The notes: generated by a model not told the origin, from the sequence alone. Counted from the stretch's first letter, positions 39,469 to 51,943 are shown. The stretch: 53,311 nt of DNA from an uncultured Deinococcales bacterium (GCA_964244895.1 CAXTKV010000007.1:1-53311); one strand, 5' to 3'. Numbers and translations: made by a program.

Positions 39469-41643
39469 TCAGCGGTCCTGCACCAGCAGCGCGCTGAAGG
39501 CGCTGGAACCGGCGGCGGGATCGAGCGCCACGCCGGTGAACACGCCGGTGGAAGGCAGCGCGACCGCGCCCGTGTCGATCACCGGGGTTTTGGAGTGCGG
39601 CGCGGTGATCCGCACGCGGTACGAGCCGGAGTTGACCTCGAGGTACTTCGTGTTGGCCTTGAACGCGAAGTTGCGGATGGTTGGGTCAATACCGGTGATG
39701 CTGGCATCGGGCGCGGTGATGTACACGTCCACCGTGCCCGCCTGCGACGCGGCGTGAACCAAGCGCAGTTTGGCTTTGCCCGCGCCGGGTCTGGCGTCGC
39801 CGTCGGCGCTGTCGTTCAGCACCAGCGCCTCGATACTGGCGACCGGGTTGATGGCGATCACGGTGTAATCCATGTTCCTTGAGAACCACAGGTTGGCCTG
39901 AATCGCGGTGGTGCTGGTTCCAGCGACGTTGACCTTGATCTGGCGCTGACCGTAGGGAACCGTGGCGTAGGCCGTGGCCTTGCCGAAAACCAGGTTCTCG
40001 AAGGCTTTCATGCCGTCCACCAGCACGTCCACGGCGGGTGCGTCAAAGGACGCATGAATGGCGCGCACGCTGGAATCGGGCAGCAATACCGTGTCAATCG
40101 CGTGAATCACACCGTTGCTGGCCTGAATATCCGCGATCACGACCTTGACCAGACCGTTCAGCACCAGCGAATCGCCCTGCCTGGTGATGAAGATGCCCTC
40201 GCCCGCCAGGGTCTGAACTTCCTTGAGTTTCATCAGGTCGCTGGCGGTCAATTTGCCGGACAGCACGTGGTATTTCAGCACGCGGGTCAGCGCGTCGCCA
40301 CCGGGAAGGCTGGCGAGCTTGGCGAACGCATCGTTGGTCGGCGCGAAGACCGTGAACGGCCCGTCGCCGGACAGCGTTGCCACCAGGTTCTGGGCTCGCA
40401 GCGCGCCGACCAGCGTGCTGAAGCGCGAATCCGCCGCTGCGATCTCGAGGATGGAGGGCGCGGGCGGGATCAGCACGGTGTCGATCACGTGGATCACGCC
40501 GTTGCTGGCCTGAATATCGGCGGTCGTGACCTTGACGACCCCATTCAAAATCACGTCGCTTCCGACCTTCTTGACGGTGACCTTCTTGCCCTGAAGGGTC
40601 GTGACCTCGCCAGCTTTGAGCAGGTCGGTGGCCAGGAATTTACCGCTGGCGACGTGGTACAACAGCACCTCTTTGAGCGCTTCGCCGTCCGGGATGGCGC
40701 TCAGTTTGGCGAAGGCGGCGTTGGTCGGAGCGAAGACTGTGAACGGCCCCTTACCGGAGAGGGCTTCGACCAGGTTGGCCTTCTGAAGCGCACCCACCAA
40801 CGTGCTGAAGGCCGGGTTTCCGGCGGCGATCTCGACGATCGATTTCGGCGCGGGCGGCGCGGTGGTCGGGGCGTTGAACTTGGTCTCGTCGATCAGAATG
40901 GCGCCGAACTTGCCCGCATCGTTCGGCTTGTCGATCGCGACGGCGGTCAGCACGTCCCCGGCCTTGACCTGGAGCGCTCCGGAATCGATCACGACCGTTT
41001 TGGTGTCGGGCAGCGTGACGCGCACGCGCAGGCCACCCGGACGGATGCGGAAGTACGAGCTGATGCTTTTGAAAGGAATGTTCTCGAGGATCGGGTCGAT
41101 CTTGCCCAGATCCGCGTCTGGCCTGGACAGGTACACATCCACCCGAGGTGCGCTGGGAGCACCGTGCAGCACGCGCAATTTCGCGGCGTTGCGCGCTTTG
41201 TAGCGCGTGTCTTCGAGCACCAACGGCGCGATCTGCGCGAGCTTCCCGGCGGCGTAGACGCTGTAGCGGCGTCCCGCCTCGAGATCCAGATTCGCGTCGA
41301 TCACGGTCGTGGTCGTGTTCGCAGCCTTGATCTTCAGGTTGTGCGAGCCCGCCGCTAACGGCGCCGGGCCGACGAAGTTGGTGTACGTCAGGTCTTCGCT
41401 CAACAGCGCATCATCGGCGAACACGTCCACGGCGGGCGCGTCCGGCGAAAGGTGAATGGCGCGCACCAGCGCGTTGCTCGAGCTGCCGATCTGCGCGCCC
41501 AGGCTGAATTCGACCGTCTCGTCCGGCGCGTCTTGCGGGCTCATCAGCATGGAATCCTGGGAGCCGGGAACCGGGGCCGTGTTGCAGGCCGCCAGCCCGA
41601 GCGCGACCACCAGCGCCGTCAGGCTTCGTTGGAATACGTTCAT
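39469..41643 (-). CDS. Lipoprotein with DUF4397 modules flanking two fasciclin domains
   Basis: Lipobox LAAC; HLSPDAPAVDV; two [12 protein letters not shown]...NGVIH.ID. Confidence 0.9.
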   Translation of the reverse strand: MNVFQRSLTALVVALGLAACNTAPVPGSQDSMLMSPQDAPDETVEFSLGAQIGSSSNALVRAIHLSPDAPAVDVFADDALLSEDLTYTNFVGPAPLAAGSHNLKIKAANTTTTVIDANLDLEAGRRYSVYAAGKLAQIAPLVLEDTRYKARNAAKLRVLHGAPSAPRVDVYLSRPDADLGKIDPILENIPFKSISSYFRIRPGGLRVRVTLPDTKTVVIDSGALQVKAGDVLTAVAIDKPNDAGKFGAILIDETKFNAPTTAPPAPKSIVEIAAGNPAFSTLVGALQKANLVEALSGKGPFTVFAPTNAAFAKLSAIPDGEALKEVLLYHVASGKFLATDLLKAGEVTTLQGKKVTVKKVGSDVILNGVVKVTTADIQASNGVIHVIDTVLIPPAPSILEIAAADSRFSTLVGALRAQNLVATLSGDGPFTVFAPTNDAFAKLASLPGGDALTRVLKYHVLSGKLTASDLMKLKEVQTLAGEGIFITRQGDSLVLNGLVKVVIADIQASNGVIHAIDTVLLPDSSVRAIHASFDAPAVDVLVDGMKAFENLVFGKATAYATVPYGQRQIKVNVAGTSTTAIQANLWFSRNMDYTVIAINPVASIEALVLNDSADGDARPGAGKAKLRLVHAASQAGTVDVYITAPDASITGIDPTIRNFAFKANTKYLEVNSGSYRVRITAPHSKTPVIDTGAVALPSTGVFTGVALDPAAGSSAFSALLVQDR

Positions 41644-41685
41644 GAAATCCCCCTCTAGATCGTGCTGATTGGTTCTCGAGCGTCG

Positions 41686-41720
41686 GTCTGTGGCGCGAGA
41701 GCAACCCTCGCGCCACAGAC
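41686..41720 (-). other. Intergenic 14-bp perfect stem-loop
   Basis: GTCTGTGGCGCGAG-N7-CTCGCGCCACAGAC with no U tract; possible mRNA stabiliser. Confidence 0.6.
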
Positions 41721-41768
41721 GGCGTCATCCGTTTCCCTGAACCCATTGCGCGAGTTCAAGATTGGGAT

Positions 41769-42251
41769 TCACATGGGCATCAGCACGGTGTCAATCACGT
41801 GAATCACGCCGTTGCTGCCCACGATGTCCGCCGTCGTCACCGTCGCATCGTTGACCATGACCTTGCCATCCTTGACCTTGATCGCGATCTCCTGACCGTT
41901 GACCGTCTTGGCGCTCTTACCGTCCATCTTGATCGCGTCCGCCGCCATGACCTTAGCCGCCACCACGTGGTACGTCAGGATCGAGGCCAGCTTGGCTTTG
42001 TTCTCGGGCTTCAACAAGTCTTCGACCGTGCCTTTGGGCAGTTTGGCGAAGGCGGCGTTGGTCGGAGCGAAGACGGTGAATGGACCTTTGCCGGAGAGGG
42101 TTTCGGCCAGTCCGGCGGCTTTGACGGCGGTCACCAGGGTGGTGAAATCCTTGTTGGCTGCCGCGATCTCGACCACGGTTTTGCTCATCGTGTCCTGCGC
42201 GAAAGCGGCAGCGGCGAGGGCCAGAACTCCTGCGAAAATCACGTTCTTCAT
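41769..42251 (-). CDS. Secreted fasciclin domain protein
   Basis: [52 protein letters not shown]. Confidence 0.95.
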   Translation of the reverse strand: MKNVIFAGVLALAAAAFAQDTMSKTVVEIAAANKDFTTLVTAVKAAGLAETLSGKGPFTVFAPTNAAFAKLPKGTVEDLLKPENKAKLASILTYHVVAAKVMAADAIKMDGKSAKTVNGQEIAIKVKDGKVMVNDATVTTADIVGSNGVIHVIDTVLMPM

Positions 42252-42342
42252 GTTGACCTCCTGGGTCTGGGCGGCGTTGCGCCCGTGTCAGAAGGATGCG
42301 GGTCTGCCGGTTGACCACCAGTCACGGTTCAAGCTGGTTTTG

Positions 42343-45300
42343 TCACGCGCTTAAAAAGCTGGCCCACAATTCTGGCAAGGTTTCCCCGACTTCCTTCATG
42401 CGTTCGCGGCCCGACTGGTACTCGCGGGCCAGATCGCGGCGGTTGCCCGCACCGCGCAGCGCGAGGCACAGCAACTCGAGCGCGTCGCGATCGTAGGGTT
42501 CCATGCCAGTCAGGATGCGAGCCGGTCGCACGGCGCTGCGCGGGTCGCGCTCGAGCAGGCTTTCCAGATGCACCCTGAGCGTATCCGTCAGGCGGGAGCG
42601 AACGCCGGGTTCCCAGCCACCCCCGTCCAGCTCGATGTCCTCCAGGTACGCACCGCGCCACAACTCGGGGTTCGGATCGCGCAGGAAGCGTTCCGCGTCC
42701 GACTCGAGCGCCCCGAGCGCGTAGCCGTTGGCGGTGCGAACCACGACGCGATCACCGAGTTTCTCGCGCAGGCGGTACACCAGGTTCTTGGCGCTCGATT
42801 GCGCTTTTCCCTCTTGCAATTCGGGCCAGAAGGCATCCCAGAGCTCCAGGTCTGGCACGTCCTCGCGCCCGGCCATGCGGGCTTCCAGCAGGCGCGCCAG
42901 GAGCGCGCGCCCCTGACTGGAATGCCAGCGCAATTCCCGGCCATCGCGGCGCACCCGCACCGCACCCAACACGAGCAGTTCAATCCCGTCCTGGACGGTG
43001 TTCTGAATCACACCTGCGTGCTGGACGGTGTTCGCCGTCCGGAACCCCGCCAGTTGCGGAAAATAAATCCGCACCAGGTTGGCCGCGTGCTGATGGCCTC
43101 GAGCCTCGAAGGTTTCCAGGCGGCAGCCAGCGGATTTCGCGTCGCCCGTCAGCCGATCCACCTCCAAAGCGGCGCGCTCGGCGGCCACCAGCCTCGCCGA
43201 GCGCAGCATGGTTTCCGCCGTGCGGTACGCCGCTATCGCTTCCTCGGTTCGTCCGAGCGCCTCGAGCGCGGCGCCCCTGGCACTCATCTCGATGGCAGCG
43301 TGATCGGCCTGCCCGATGGCGCGCGCGATCTCGAGGGCGCGTTCGGTGCGTTCCAGCGCCAGACCGGGATCGCCGTAGCGGGCTTCCGCCAGCGCCGCCT
43401 GCGCCAGCGCCATGTTTTCCAGAACCGGCGTGGTGCTGTGCGCGAGTTTCAGGGCCGCATTCGCGTGGCGCAACGCCAGGGAACGCGTATGGGGTGCATC
43501 CCACTCCAGGTACAGGTGGCTGATCTGGCAATCCCAGACGATCAACGAATCGCGCGCGTCCGCCCGATCCGGCAACTGGCGCGATTCGAGCAGCAGTTCT
43601 TCGGCACGCTCGAACTGCGCCAGTTCCGTCAGGACGCTGGCCAGCCGCAATTGCGCCCTGGACACGCCCCAGCCGTCACCGAGTTCGTTGCGGAGTTGGA
43701 TCGCGCGTTCGCTTTCGGCGGCGGCATCTGTAAAACGCCCGAGGTGCTCGAGCGCTTCGGCGCGCAATTCGATGGCGCGCGCCAGGTCGCGCGGCGCGTC
43801 GAGCCGCTCGAGCGTTCCCGCCGCGATGCCCGCCAGGCGCTCCGCGAGCGTCGGATCGCCCTCGAGGGTCGCCAGGTACGCCAGCGCAGCCGTCACCAGG
43901 GCGCGTTCGTGTGGGGTCGCGGCGGCCTCCACGGCGGATTCCAGCAATTCGCGGGCCGCCAGGAATTCGCCGAACTGCATCAGCGCCCAGGCCACGTCGC
44001 GCTGCACCAGCGCGGTCGCGTCCGCGTGGCGCTCCGGCTGGGCGCGCCACAAGTCCAGCACGGCCTCGAACTCGAGTTGCTGGGTGCGCAACGCGATCAG
44101 ACGCGGCCACCAGGCGCGCTCGAGCGTGTCGGCTTTTGAAACCGTCTCGATCAGGCGTTGGGCTTCACCGACCTGACCCGAGAGCGCCAGCAGTTCGGCG
44201 GACAAGAGCGCCGATTCCGGGCTCGGGTGCGCCCGGTGCGCGATCTGCGCCAAGCGCGAGGCCTCGTTCAGATCGGTGCGGCGCAAGCCCTCGGCGGCCC
44301 GCAGCGCGAGTCCCGCCTGGCGTTGACCGCTCGCGTGCGACGCGGCGCGAGCCAGCAAGCGCGCGGCGCGTCTGGATTCGCCGCGCTTCGAGACGCGCTC
44401 GGCAGTCGCGGACAGGCGCTCGACCGTGTCCATCGGCTCGAGCTGCGCCAATTCCAGCAGTTCAGCCGCGATCAAGGCCAGCGAGAGGTCTTTTTGAGCT
44501 GCGTCCTCGAGCGATTCGAGCGCACGCCGCGCCAGTTCGCGCCGTCGGCTGCCCGAAACCCGCCCGATCATCACGTCGCGGTAGAGCGGGTGCGCGAAAT
44601 CTAACCCGCGCAGCACGCCGTGGCGCTCGAGTTCCGGTCGGATCATCTGGAGCTCCACGAGGGTCAAGCCCGCCGCGTTCGCCCAGAGCACAGCTGGAGC
44701 ACCGGGCGGCAGGATGCTCAGGGCCTCCAGCGCCGCCCGCGTCGGGTCATCGGCGGAGGCCCGTTCCAGCACGCGAGCCAGCAGACCATCCAGGCTGGTC
44801 GGCAAGCGGTCGTCCTGCGGTGCGCGCCAGCGCCAGCGCGCGCCGTCGCTCCAGAGCGAACCCTGGCGCGTCAGGAACTGAAAATATTCCAGGCTGAAAA
44901 GCGGGTTGCCGTGCGCCCGCGCCCAGATCCAGCGGAGCGCCTCCGGGGGCAGCGTGCCGCGAGCGGTGGATTCCAGCAGCGCAACGGCCTGCGGTTTCGG
45001 CAGCGCGTCCAGCCGCAGCGCCTCGAACGGTTCCGGCGGCGCGTTGCGCGACGCGACGATCAGGGCCACGCCCCTGATGCGCTGAACGCCGCGCGCCAGG
45101 GCCGCAAACAGCTCGAGCCGGGTCGGGCTGGCGGCCTGCAGATCGTCCACGAACAAGGCGATCGGCGCGACCTGCGCCAGCACCGCCGAGATCGCCTCAG
45201 CCAGCGCGTTCGGTTCCGTGACCTCTCCCCGGTTGGCTTGCTCGAGCCGCCTGAGCGCCCAGACCGGAGCCTCGAGCCTGATACCGGACGCCTCGAGCGC

Positions 45301-45471
45301 CGCCTGAATCGACGTATTGGCGCTGATGATGACCGACCGGATGGGGGCATCCTGCAACCACGCGCGCACCGCGAAGCTCTTGCCGACGCCCAACTCGCCC
45401 CAGACGCCCAGCGTCAAACTGGAACGCCCGGAGGCGATGCTGCTCCAGTTCGGTGCGCTCAGACGCGTCAT
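42343..45471 (-). CDS. STAND-like ATPase/TPR regulator with C-terminal SARP/BTAD-like region
   Basis: GELGVGKS, VDDLQ, GNPLF, FAHPLYR, TPR-like helices, VLGAVRV...LWDAFWP...LVYRLR...SDAERF. Confidence 0.82.
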   Translation of the reverse strand: MTRLSAPNWSSIASGRSSLTLGVWGELGVGKSFAVRAWLQDAPIRSVIISANTSIQAALEASGIRLEAPVWALRRLEQANRGEVTEPNALAEAISAVLAQVAPIALFVDDLQAASPTRLELFAALARGVQRIRGVALIVASRNAPPEPFEALRLDALPKPQAVALLESTARGTLPPEALRWIWARAHGNPLFSLEYFQFLTRQGSLWSDGARWRWRAPQDDRLPTSLDGLLARVLERASADDPTRAALEALSILPPGAPAVLWANAAGLTLVELQMIRPELERHGVLRGLDFAHPLYRDVMIGRVSGSRRRELARRALESLEDAAQKDLSLALIAAELLELAQLEPMDTVERLSATAERVSKRGESRRAARLLARAASHASGQRQAGLALRAAEGLRRTDLNEASRLAQIAHRAHPSPESALLSAELLALSGQVGEAQRLIETVSKADTLERAWWPRLIALRTQQLEFEAVLDLWRAQPERHADATALVQRDVAWALMQFGEFLAARELLESAVEAAATPHERALVTAALAYLATLEGDPTLAERLAGIAAGTLERLDAPRDLARAIELRAEALEHLGRFTDAAAESERAIQLRNELGDGWGVSRAQLRLASVLTELAQFERAEELLLESRQLPDRADARDSLIVWDCQISHLYLEWDAPHTRSLALRHANAALKLAHSTTPVLENMALAQAALAEARYGDPGLALERTERALEIARAIGQADHAAIEMSARGAALEALGRTEEAIAAYRTAETMLRSARLVAAERAALEVDRLTGDAKSAGCRLETFEARGHQHAANLVRIYFPQLAGFRTANTVQHAGVIQNTVQDGIELLVLGAVRVRRDGRELRWHSSQGRALLARLLEARMAGREDVPDLELWDAFWPELQEGKAQSSAKNLVYRLREKLGDRVVVRTANGYALGALESDAERFLRDPNPELWRGAYLEDIELDGGGWEPGVRSRLTDTLRVHLESLLERDPRSAVRPARILTGMEPYDRDALELLCLALRGAGNRRDLAREYQSGRERMKEVGETLPELWASFLSA
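42986..43032 (-). repeat. Dispersed palindrome family A, in-frame intragenic copy
   Basis: Minus strand AACACCGTCCAGCACGC-AGGTGTGATTCAG-AACACCGTCCAGGACGG. Confidence 0.9.
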
Positions 45472-45531
45472 GCGAATCGCATCGTACCGGGCGAAGATTC
45501 AGGCTGTCTGAGGCGCGACGCACGCCGAACG

Positions 45532-45574
45532 ACACCGTCCAGCACCCGAATTTATGATCGCGTGCTAGACGGCG
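45532..45574. repeat. Dispersed palindrome family A copy
   Basis: ACACCGTCCAGCAC...GCGTGCTAGACGGCG. Confidence 0.85.
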
Positions 45575-45595
45575 AATTCTTACACCCGAGCATTC

Positions 45596-45994
45596 CTACA
45601 CCTGCTCCAGGAGCGGTCGGTGGCAAGCCCACAGGCTCGAGGTCGCCCGCCACGAACCGGGCGCGATCCCGACGTGCCGCACGGGTTTGACGGGTCTACC
45701 GATGACATCGAACTCGAGCGCGGCGAACAGGGAATCCAGGGTCGAGCCGAGCCGCTTCAGGCCGTGGAAATCCAGCCGCAACTGCGCGTGCTTCGCCTCT
45801 AGGGAACGCAATCCCGCGAAGGGCTCGAGTTCCGAAAGCGTTCGCACGGCGCGCGGCGGCCCGACCAGCAACTCCGCCAGCACCGGCACCAGCCCGGCGT
45901 GATCTCGTCCCAGGCGTTCCGGGTCGAACTCGAGCGCCAGTTCCAGGTTGATTTCGACATCCTGCCAGACGGGTTTGGAAATGGGGTGCGCCAT
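45596..45994 (-). CDS. Hypothetical protein
   Basis: 132-aa ATG ORF with GC3-rich codons filling an otherwise empty gap. Confidence 0.5.
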   Translation of the reverse strand: MAHPISKPVWQDVEINLELALEFDPERLGRDHAGLVPVLAELLVGPPRAVRTLSELEPFAGLRSLEAKHAQLRLDFHGLKRLGSTLDSLFAALEFDVIGRPVKPVRHVGIAPGSWRATSSLWACHRPLLEQV

Positions 45995-46144
45995 GAATCA
46001 TTGTGGGATCATTCCCCAACCGAGTCAAGCCGGAAAATCACGTTCAGGACGGAGTTCAGGCGCGTTTCGAGGTGGCAGTCTCGGGGCGAGAGTGCCAGAC
46101 ACGGCACTCAGGAGCGGGCACGATGCTCGAGCCCGCATCGGCGG

Positions 46145-46197
46145 CACCGTCCAGCACACGAGCGACGGCATGCAAAAACACCGTCCGGAACGGTCTT
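46145..46197. repeat. Dispersed palindrome family A copy (arm plus collapsed unit)
   Basis: CACCGTCCAGCAC...AACACCGTCCGGAACGGTCTT. Confidence 0.8.
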
Positions 46198-46393
46198 CTC
46201 GAGCACCACACCCCGCTCAATCCGCGTCCGAAGGCTTTTCGCTTTTACGCTAACTTCTGACTTCTTGACCCCTGACCGCTTTTCGTTGCCAATTCTGAAC
46301 ACTTTTTCAACGTTCCACAGGCTCAAATTGGGCGGTGCTTCACCGTTCTCACTGCGCTCAACGGACAATGGTAGCCATGAAGGGCCGCCGATC

Positions 46394-47005
46394 ATGACCC
46401 AGACGGACAGGGGTACGCGCATCGCGCTGATCGCGCTGGGTGCGCTGATCGCGATCGGGCTGGTGCTTTCCTTGCTGCCCAACCCGGCGACCGCGCCATT
46501 GGCCGAGGTCAAACTCGAGAAGGTCGATCTGGTGCTGTTCCCGGCGTCCGATCCGAACGCCCGCTGGACCTTCAAGGCCGCGAACGTCACGTACAACCCG
46601 GAATCTCGAGAATCGCTGGCGTCGGGCTTGCAGGATGGCCAGCGTTACGTGACCGTCAAGGACGCCAAAACGGGTCGGGAAACCCGAGAACTCGACCTGA
46701 GCCTGAAAGCCCAGGAAATCAAAATTGACGCGCAGGACAACCTGAGCACCCAACAGGCGACCATCTTCATTCCGAAAGGCTGTTACTTGCTGCGCCTGGG
46801 CAAACCGGGAGACACGCCCGTGATGATCGATCAGAACACCGGCTTCCGCGCCAATTACGTCGATCTGGATTCGCCCAACCTGAGCTTCACCGGCACGGAA
46901 TTCACGTCCGATTTCGCCCTCAAGAACGCGGGCGGTTTGATCGAAGCCAAAGCCGCCGAGAAAGCCCTCAAAACCTGCGCCAGCATCAAGACCGCATTTC
47001 AGTAA
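46394..47005 (+). CDS. LptC-like membrane-anchored protein
   Basis: Single N-terminal TM helix, beta-rich periplasmic part (WTFKAANVTY), upstream of LptA-like genes. Confidence 0.6.
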   Translation: MTQTDRGTRIALIALGALIAIGLVLSLLPNPATAPLAEVKLEKVDLVLFPASDPNARWTFKAANVTYNPESRESLASGLQDGQRYVTVKDAKTGRETRELDLSLKAQEIKIDAQDNLSTQQATIFIPKGCYLLRLGKPGDTPVMIDQNTGFRANYVDLDSPNLSFTGTEFTSDFALKNAGGLIEAKAAEKALKTCASIKTAFQ

Positions 47006-47020
47006 CCGTCAGGAGCCAAG

Positions 47021-47914
47021 ATGAACATCAACTTCAAGATCGTCCTCGCCGCGCTGGTCGTCTCGAGCCTCGCGCTCGCACAGTCCGAGAACCGGATCAT
47101 CACCATCAAGGGTCGGTACTCCGGCGACCTGCGGATGGGGCCGTACAGCTTTAAGGGCGACGTGGAAGCCAGCGTTCAGAACCTCAAGATCAACGCCCCA
47201 GAAGCGACCCTAAAAGCCCCCGACAAGCTCGAGATGAGCCAGGCGCAGGGCAAACGCATCGCGAATTTCTCGGGCAACGTGACCGTCACGCGCGGGCGCA
47301 TGACCGCCAACGGCCCGGCCCTGGAATACAAGGAAGAAACCGGTCTGGGCGTGCTGGCGGGCCCCACCAAAGTCGTGCAGAAACCGGAGAAAACCGGCGA
47401 TGACGACGTGGTGATCAACTCCCAGACCGCGACCTTCGACGTGGACACGGATGTCAGTTCATCCAAAGGAAGCGTCAAGCTGGTCAACGGCAACCAGTCC
47501 GCCACCGCCGACCGCACCAGCTTCGACGAGAAAGCCGACCTGGCCTGCCTGTACGACCCCAGCAAGGTTGTGCTGGTGCGTGAGCCCAAAAAAGCCGGGG
47601 AAAACAAGCTGACCATCAACGCCAAGGAATCCAGGATGCTGACCGACAAGAAACTGCTGATCGCCACGGGCGGCGTGACCCTGGTTTCTGGCGGTAACAC
47701 CACCACCGGCGACGCGCTGTACTACGATGACAACACCAGCGTGGCCTACGTGGTCGGTTCCTCGAGCAAACCCGCCGTCAACACCAACGACAAATCGGGT
47801 TCGCGAATCAGCGGCGGTACGATCGAGCGCAACATCAACAAGAATCAAGTCACCCAGCGCGGTACGGCCTTCTCGATTCCGTTCGACAAATTCAAATGCC
47901 CAACCGACAAGTGA
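47021..47914 (+). CDS. LptA/OstA family protein
   Basis: Signal peptide; repeated jellyroll motifs FSGNVTVTRG, GSVKLVNG, ATGGVTL...GDALYY. Confidence 0.8.
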   Translation: MNINFKIVLAALVVSSLALAQSENRIITIKGRYSGDLRMGPYSFKGDVEASVQNLKINAPEATLKAPDKLEMSQAQGKRIANFSGNVTVTRGRMTANGPALEYKEETGLGVLAGPTKVVQKPEKTGDDDVVINSQTATFDVDTDVSSSKGSVKLVNGNQSATADRTSFDEKADLACLYDPSKVVLVREPKKAGENKLTINAKESRMLTDKKLLIATGGVTLVSGGNTTTGDALYYDDNTSVAYVVGSSSKPAVNTNDKSGSRISGGTIERNINKNQVTQRGTAFSIPFDKFKCPTDK

Positions 47915-47926
47915 GGACTTGAGCCG

Positions 47927-47970
47927 ACACCGTCCGGGGCACATAACGTAAAATACGTCCCAGACGGTGT
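47927..47970. repeat. Dispersed palindrome family A copy
   Basis: ACACCGTCCGGGGC...CGTCCCAGACGGTGT. Confidence 0.85.
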
Positions 47971-47989
47971 TCTCGAGACAGAGGAACGC

Positions 47990-48922
47990 GTGCGAAGAAG
48001 CGAAAGAGCTCGAGTCATCGGCGTCCTGTTGAGCGCAATGCTCGGCGGGACGTTGCTCGCGCAATCGCAACCCGCTACGCCGCCAACCAATCCGCCGCCA
48101 GCCAACCCGACGCCACCGCCCGCGAGCCCTTCGGCTGCCCCGAGCGACCAGAAAGACCCCGAACAGCCCTTCTACGGCGATTCCAGCCCGCGCGTCACGG
48201 TCGTGCGCGACGACAAGACCATCACCGCCACCAAATACGGCCCGGACGACAAGGGCCTGGCGATCATCTGCCCGCCGAAGGACGACGACCCGGATCAACT
48301 GACCCAGACCGTCTATTACGATGTCGCGCCGTACTTCGTGCACATCAACGTGGACAAGAACCTGATCAAAGCGCCCATCGCTTTCGTGACCGCCCAGGAC
48401 GGCGGCGACGGCAAGATCGAGGCCTACGCGGGCACGGCCACGGAATCCAAGGACGAGAAAGCCTGTTTGCCCGACCTGAAACCCGACCCGAAACCCGGCA
48501 CGGTGCTGGTCGAGCAGGGCAAGACCAAACTGACCGGTTCCAGGCTCGAGTACGACCGCACCACGGGGATCGCGGAAGTCGCCGGGCCGATCGTCTTCGA
48601 GCGCCCGCAGCAGAACGACGCCCTGAAAGGCACGTCCGACAGCATCCGGATTTACGTGGACGACGAGAAAACCGTGCTGGAAGGCAACGTCACGCTGACC
48701 AGCAAGTGCCGCACGTCCACCGCCGAACGCGTCGAGTACGACGACACGAAAAACCGCGCGATCCTGTTCGGCAAGCCCGCGATTTCAAAGCAAGTCGATG
48801 GCAAGGGCGAGATTCAGGGCACGGTGATTTCCTATAACCTCGAGACGAACGACGTGATCGTCACGGAAACCTACGGTGGCGTCAGCGGCAAGTTCGACGA
48901 CACCGCCGAAGCCTGCCGTTGA
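47990..48922 (+). CDS. LptA/OstA family protein
   Basis: Signal peptide, Pro-rich linker, VEQGKTKLTGSRLEYD, LEGNVTL, IQGTVISYNL. Confidence 0.8.
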   Translation: MRRSERARVIGVLLSAMLGGTLLAQSQPATPPTNPPPANPTPPPASPSAAPSDQKDPEQPFYGDSSPRVTVVRDDKTITATKYGPDDKGLAIICPPKDDDPDQLTQTVYYDVAPYFVHINVDKNLIKAPIAFVTAQDGGDGKIEAYAGTATESKDEKACLPDLKPDPKPGTVLVEQGKTKLTGSRLEYDRTTGIAEVAGPIVFERPQQNDALKGTSDSIRIYVDDEKTVLEGNVTLTSKCRTSTAERVEYDDTKNRAILFGKPAISKQVDGKGEIQGTVISYNLETNDVIVTETYGGVSGKFDDTAEACR

Positions 48923-48929
48923 ATGACAG

Positions 48930-48977
48930 GAACACCGTCCAGTACGCATTCTGTGATTCGCGTACTGGACGGTGTTC
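48930..48977. repeat. Dispersed palindrome family A copy
   Basis: GAACACCGTCCAGTACGC...GCGTACTGGACGGTGTTC, perfect 18-bp stem. Confidence 0.95.
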
Positions 48978-49326
48978 TCGCACCGAAGTGCGAATCCCAG
49001 GCTCGAGCCACTCCGACGTGATGACCCACAGCCTGTCATCCTGAGGAGCTTGCGACGAAGGATCTTTCGCTGTTGCGTGGTGCATGTCTTACCCGAGGCG
49101 CGTCGCTCTAGCATCCCGAACCCGTCAACTCGAGCCATCCGGCTCGGTGTGAACCGAAGCCGAGGCCACGAGCGAACAGGGCGTTGGTCACTTGCGCGCT
49201 CGTGCCATCCGTCGCAAGCTACGATGAGGAAACGCTCGGGCGGCGAGCTCGGGCTTCAAAAGTGGCGTCGAGTACGACCCGGAACGGTTTCATCCCGGCG
49301 ACTCGAGCCGACATCCAGGACTGAGG

Positions 49327-51552
<2,226 letters not shown>

Positions 51553-51577
51553 GTTCCTGGCTCTCGAGAAGCGCAAC

Positions 51578-51621
51578 AACACCGTCCGGCACGCATATTT
51601 GAAAACGCGCGCTGGACGGTG
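51578..51621. repeat. Dispersed palindrome family A copy
   Basis: AACACCGTCCGGCACGC...GCGCGCTGGACGGTG. Confidence 0.9.
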
Positions 51622-51943
51622 CTCTCACGTGGGCGAGGAGGGCCATGAGCATCGGCTTTCGTGCCACATCAGGATCACCAAATCCATCGACCGTTTGTAC
51701 GGGCGAACGGTCTGTTCGCCCTCGGGCAGCACCATTCCTCGAGATACCGCCATCATTGCGACCGAAGCTCGAGGTTGCTGTTCGAGTCACGCACGAGGCG
51801 ACCGCCAGACGAATCCCGAGGCCCGCGCTTTAGTCGCTCGAGCATTGGGCTGGAGTTCCTGCGAATCTCGAACGCGTCCAAGCGGCTCGGGCCGATCGAG
51901 TGGGTGCAGCGTCGACGGCTCGAGCCTCCGCGCAATCCCAATT

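Noticed and set aside
40700..42100. Near-identical ~35-nt stretches in the fasciclin genes as a mobile repeat
   Set aside because: Explained by the conserved [14 protein letters not shown] coding motif in paralogous domains
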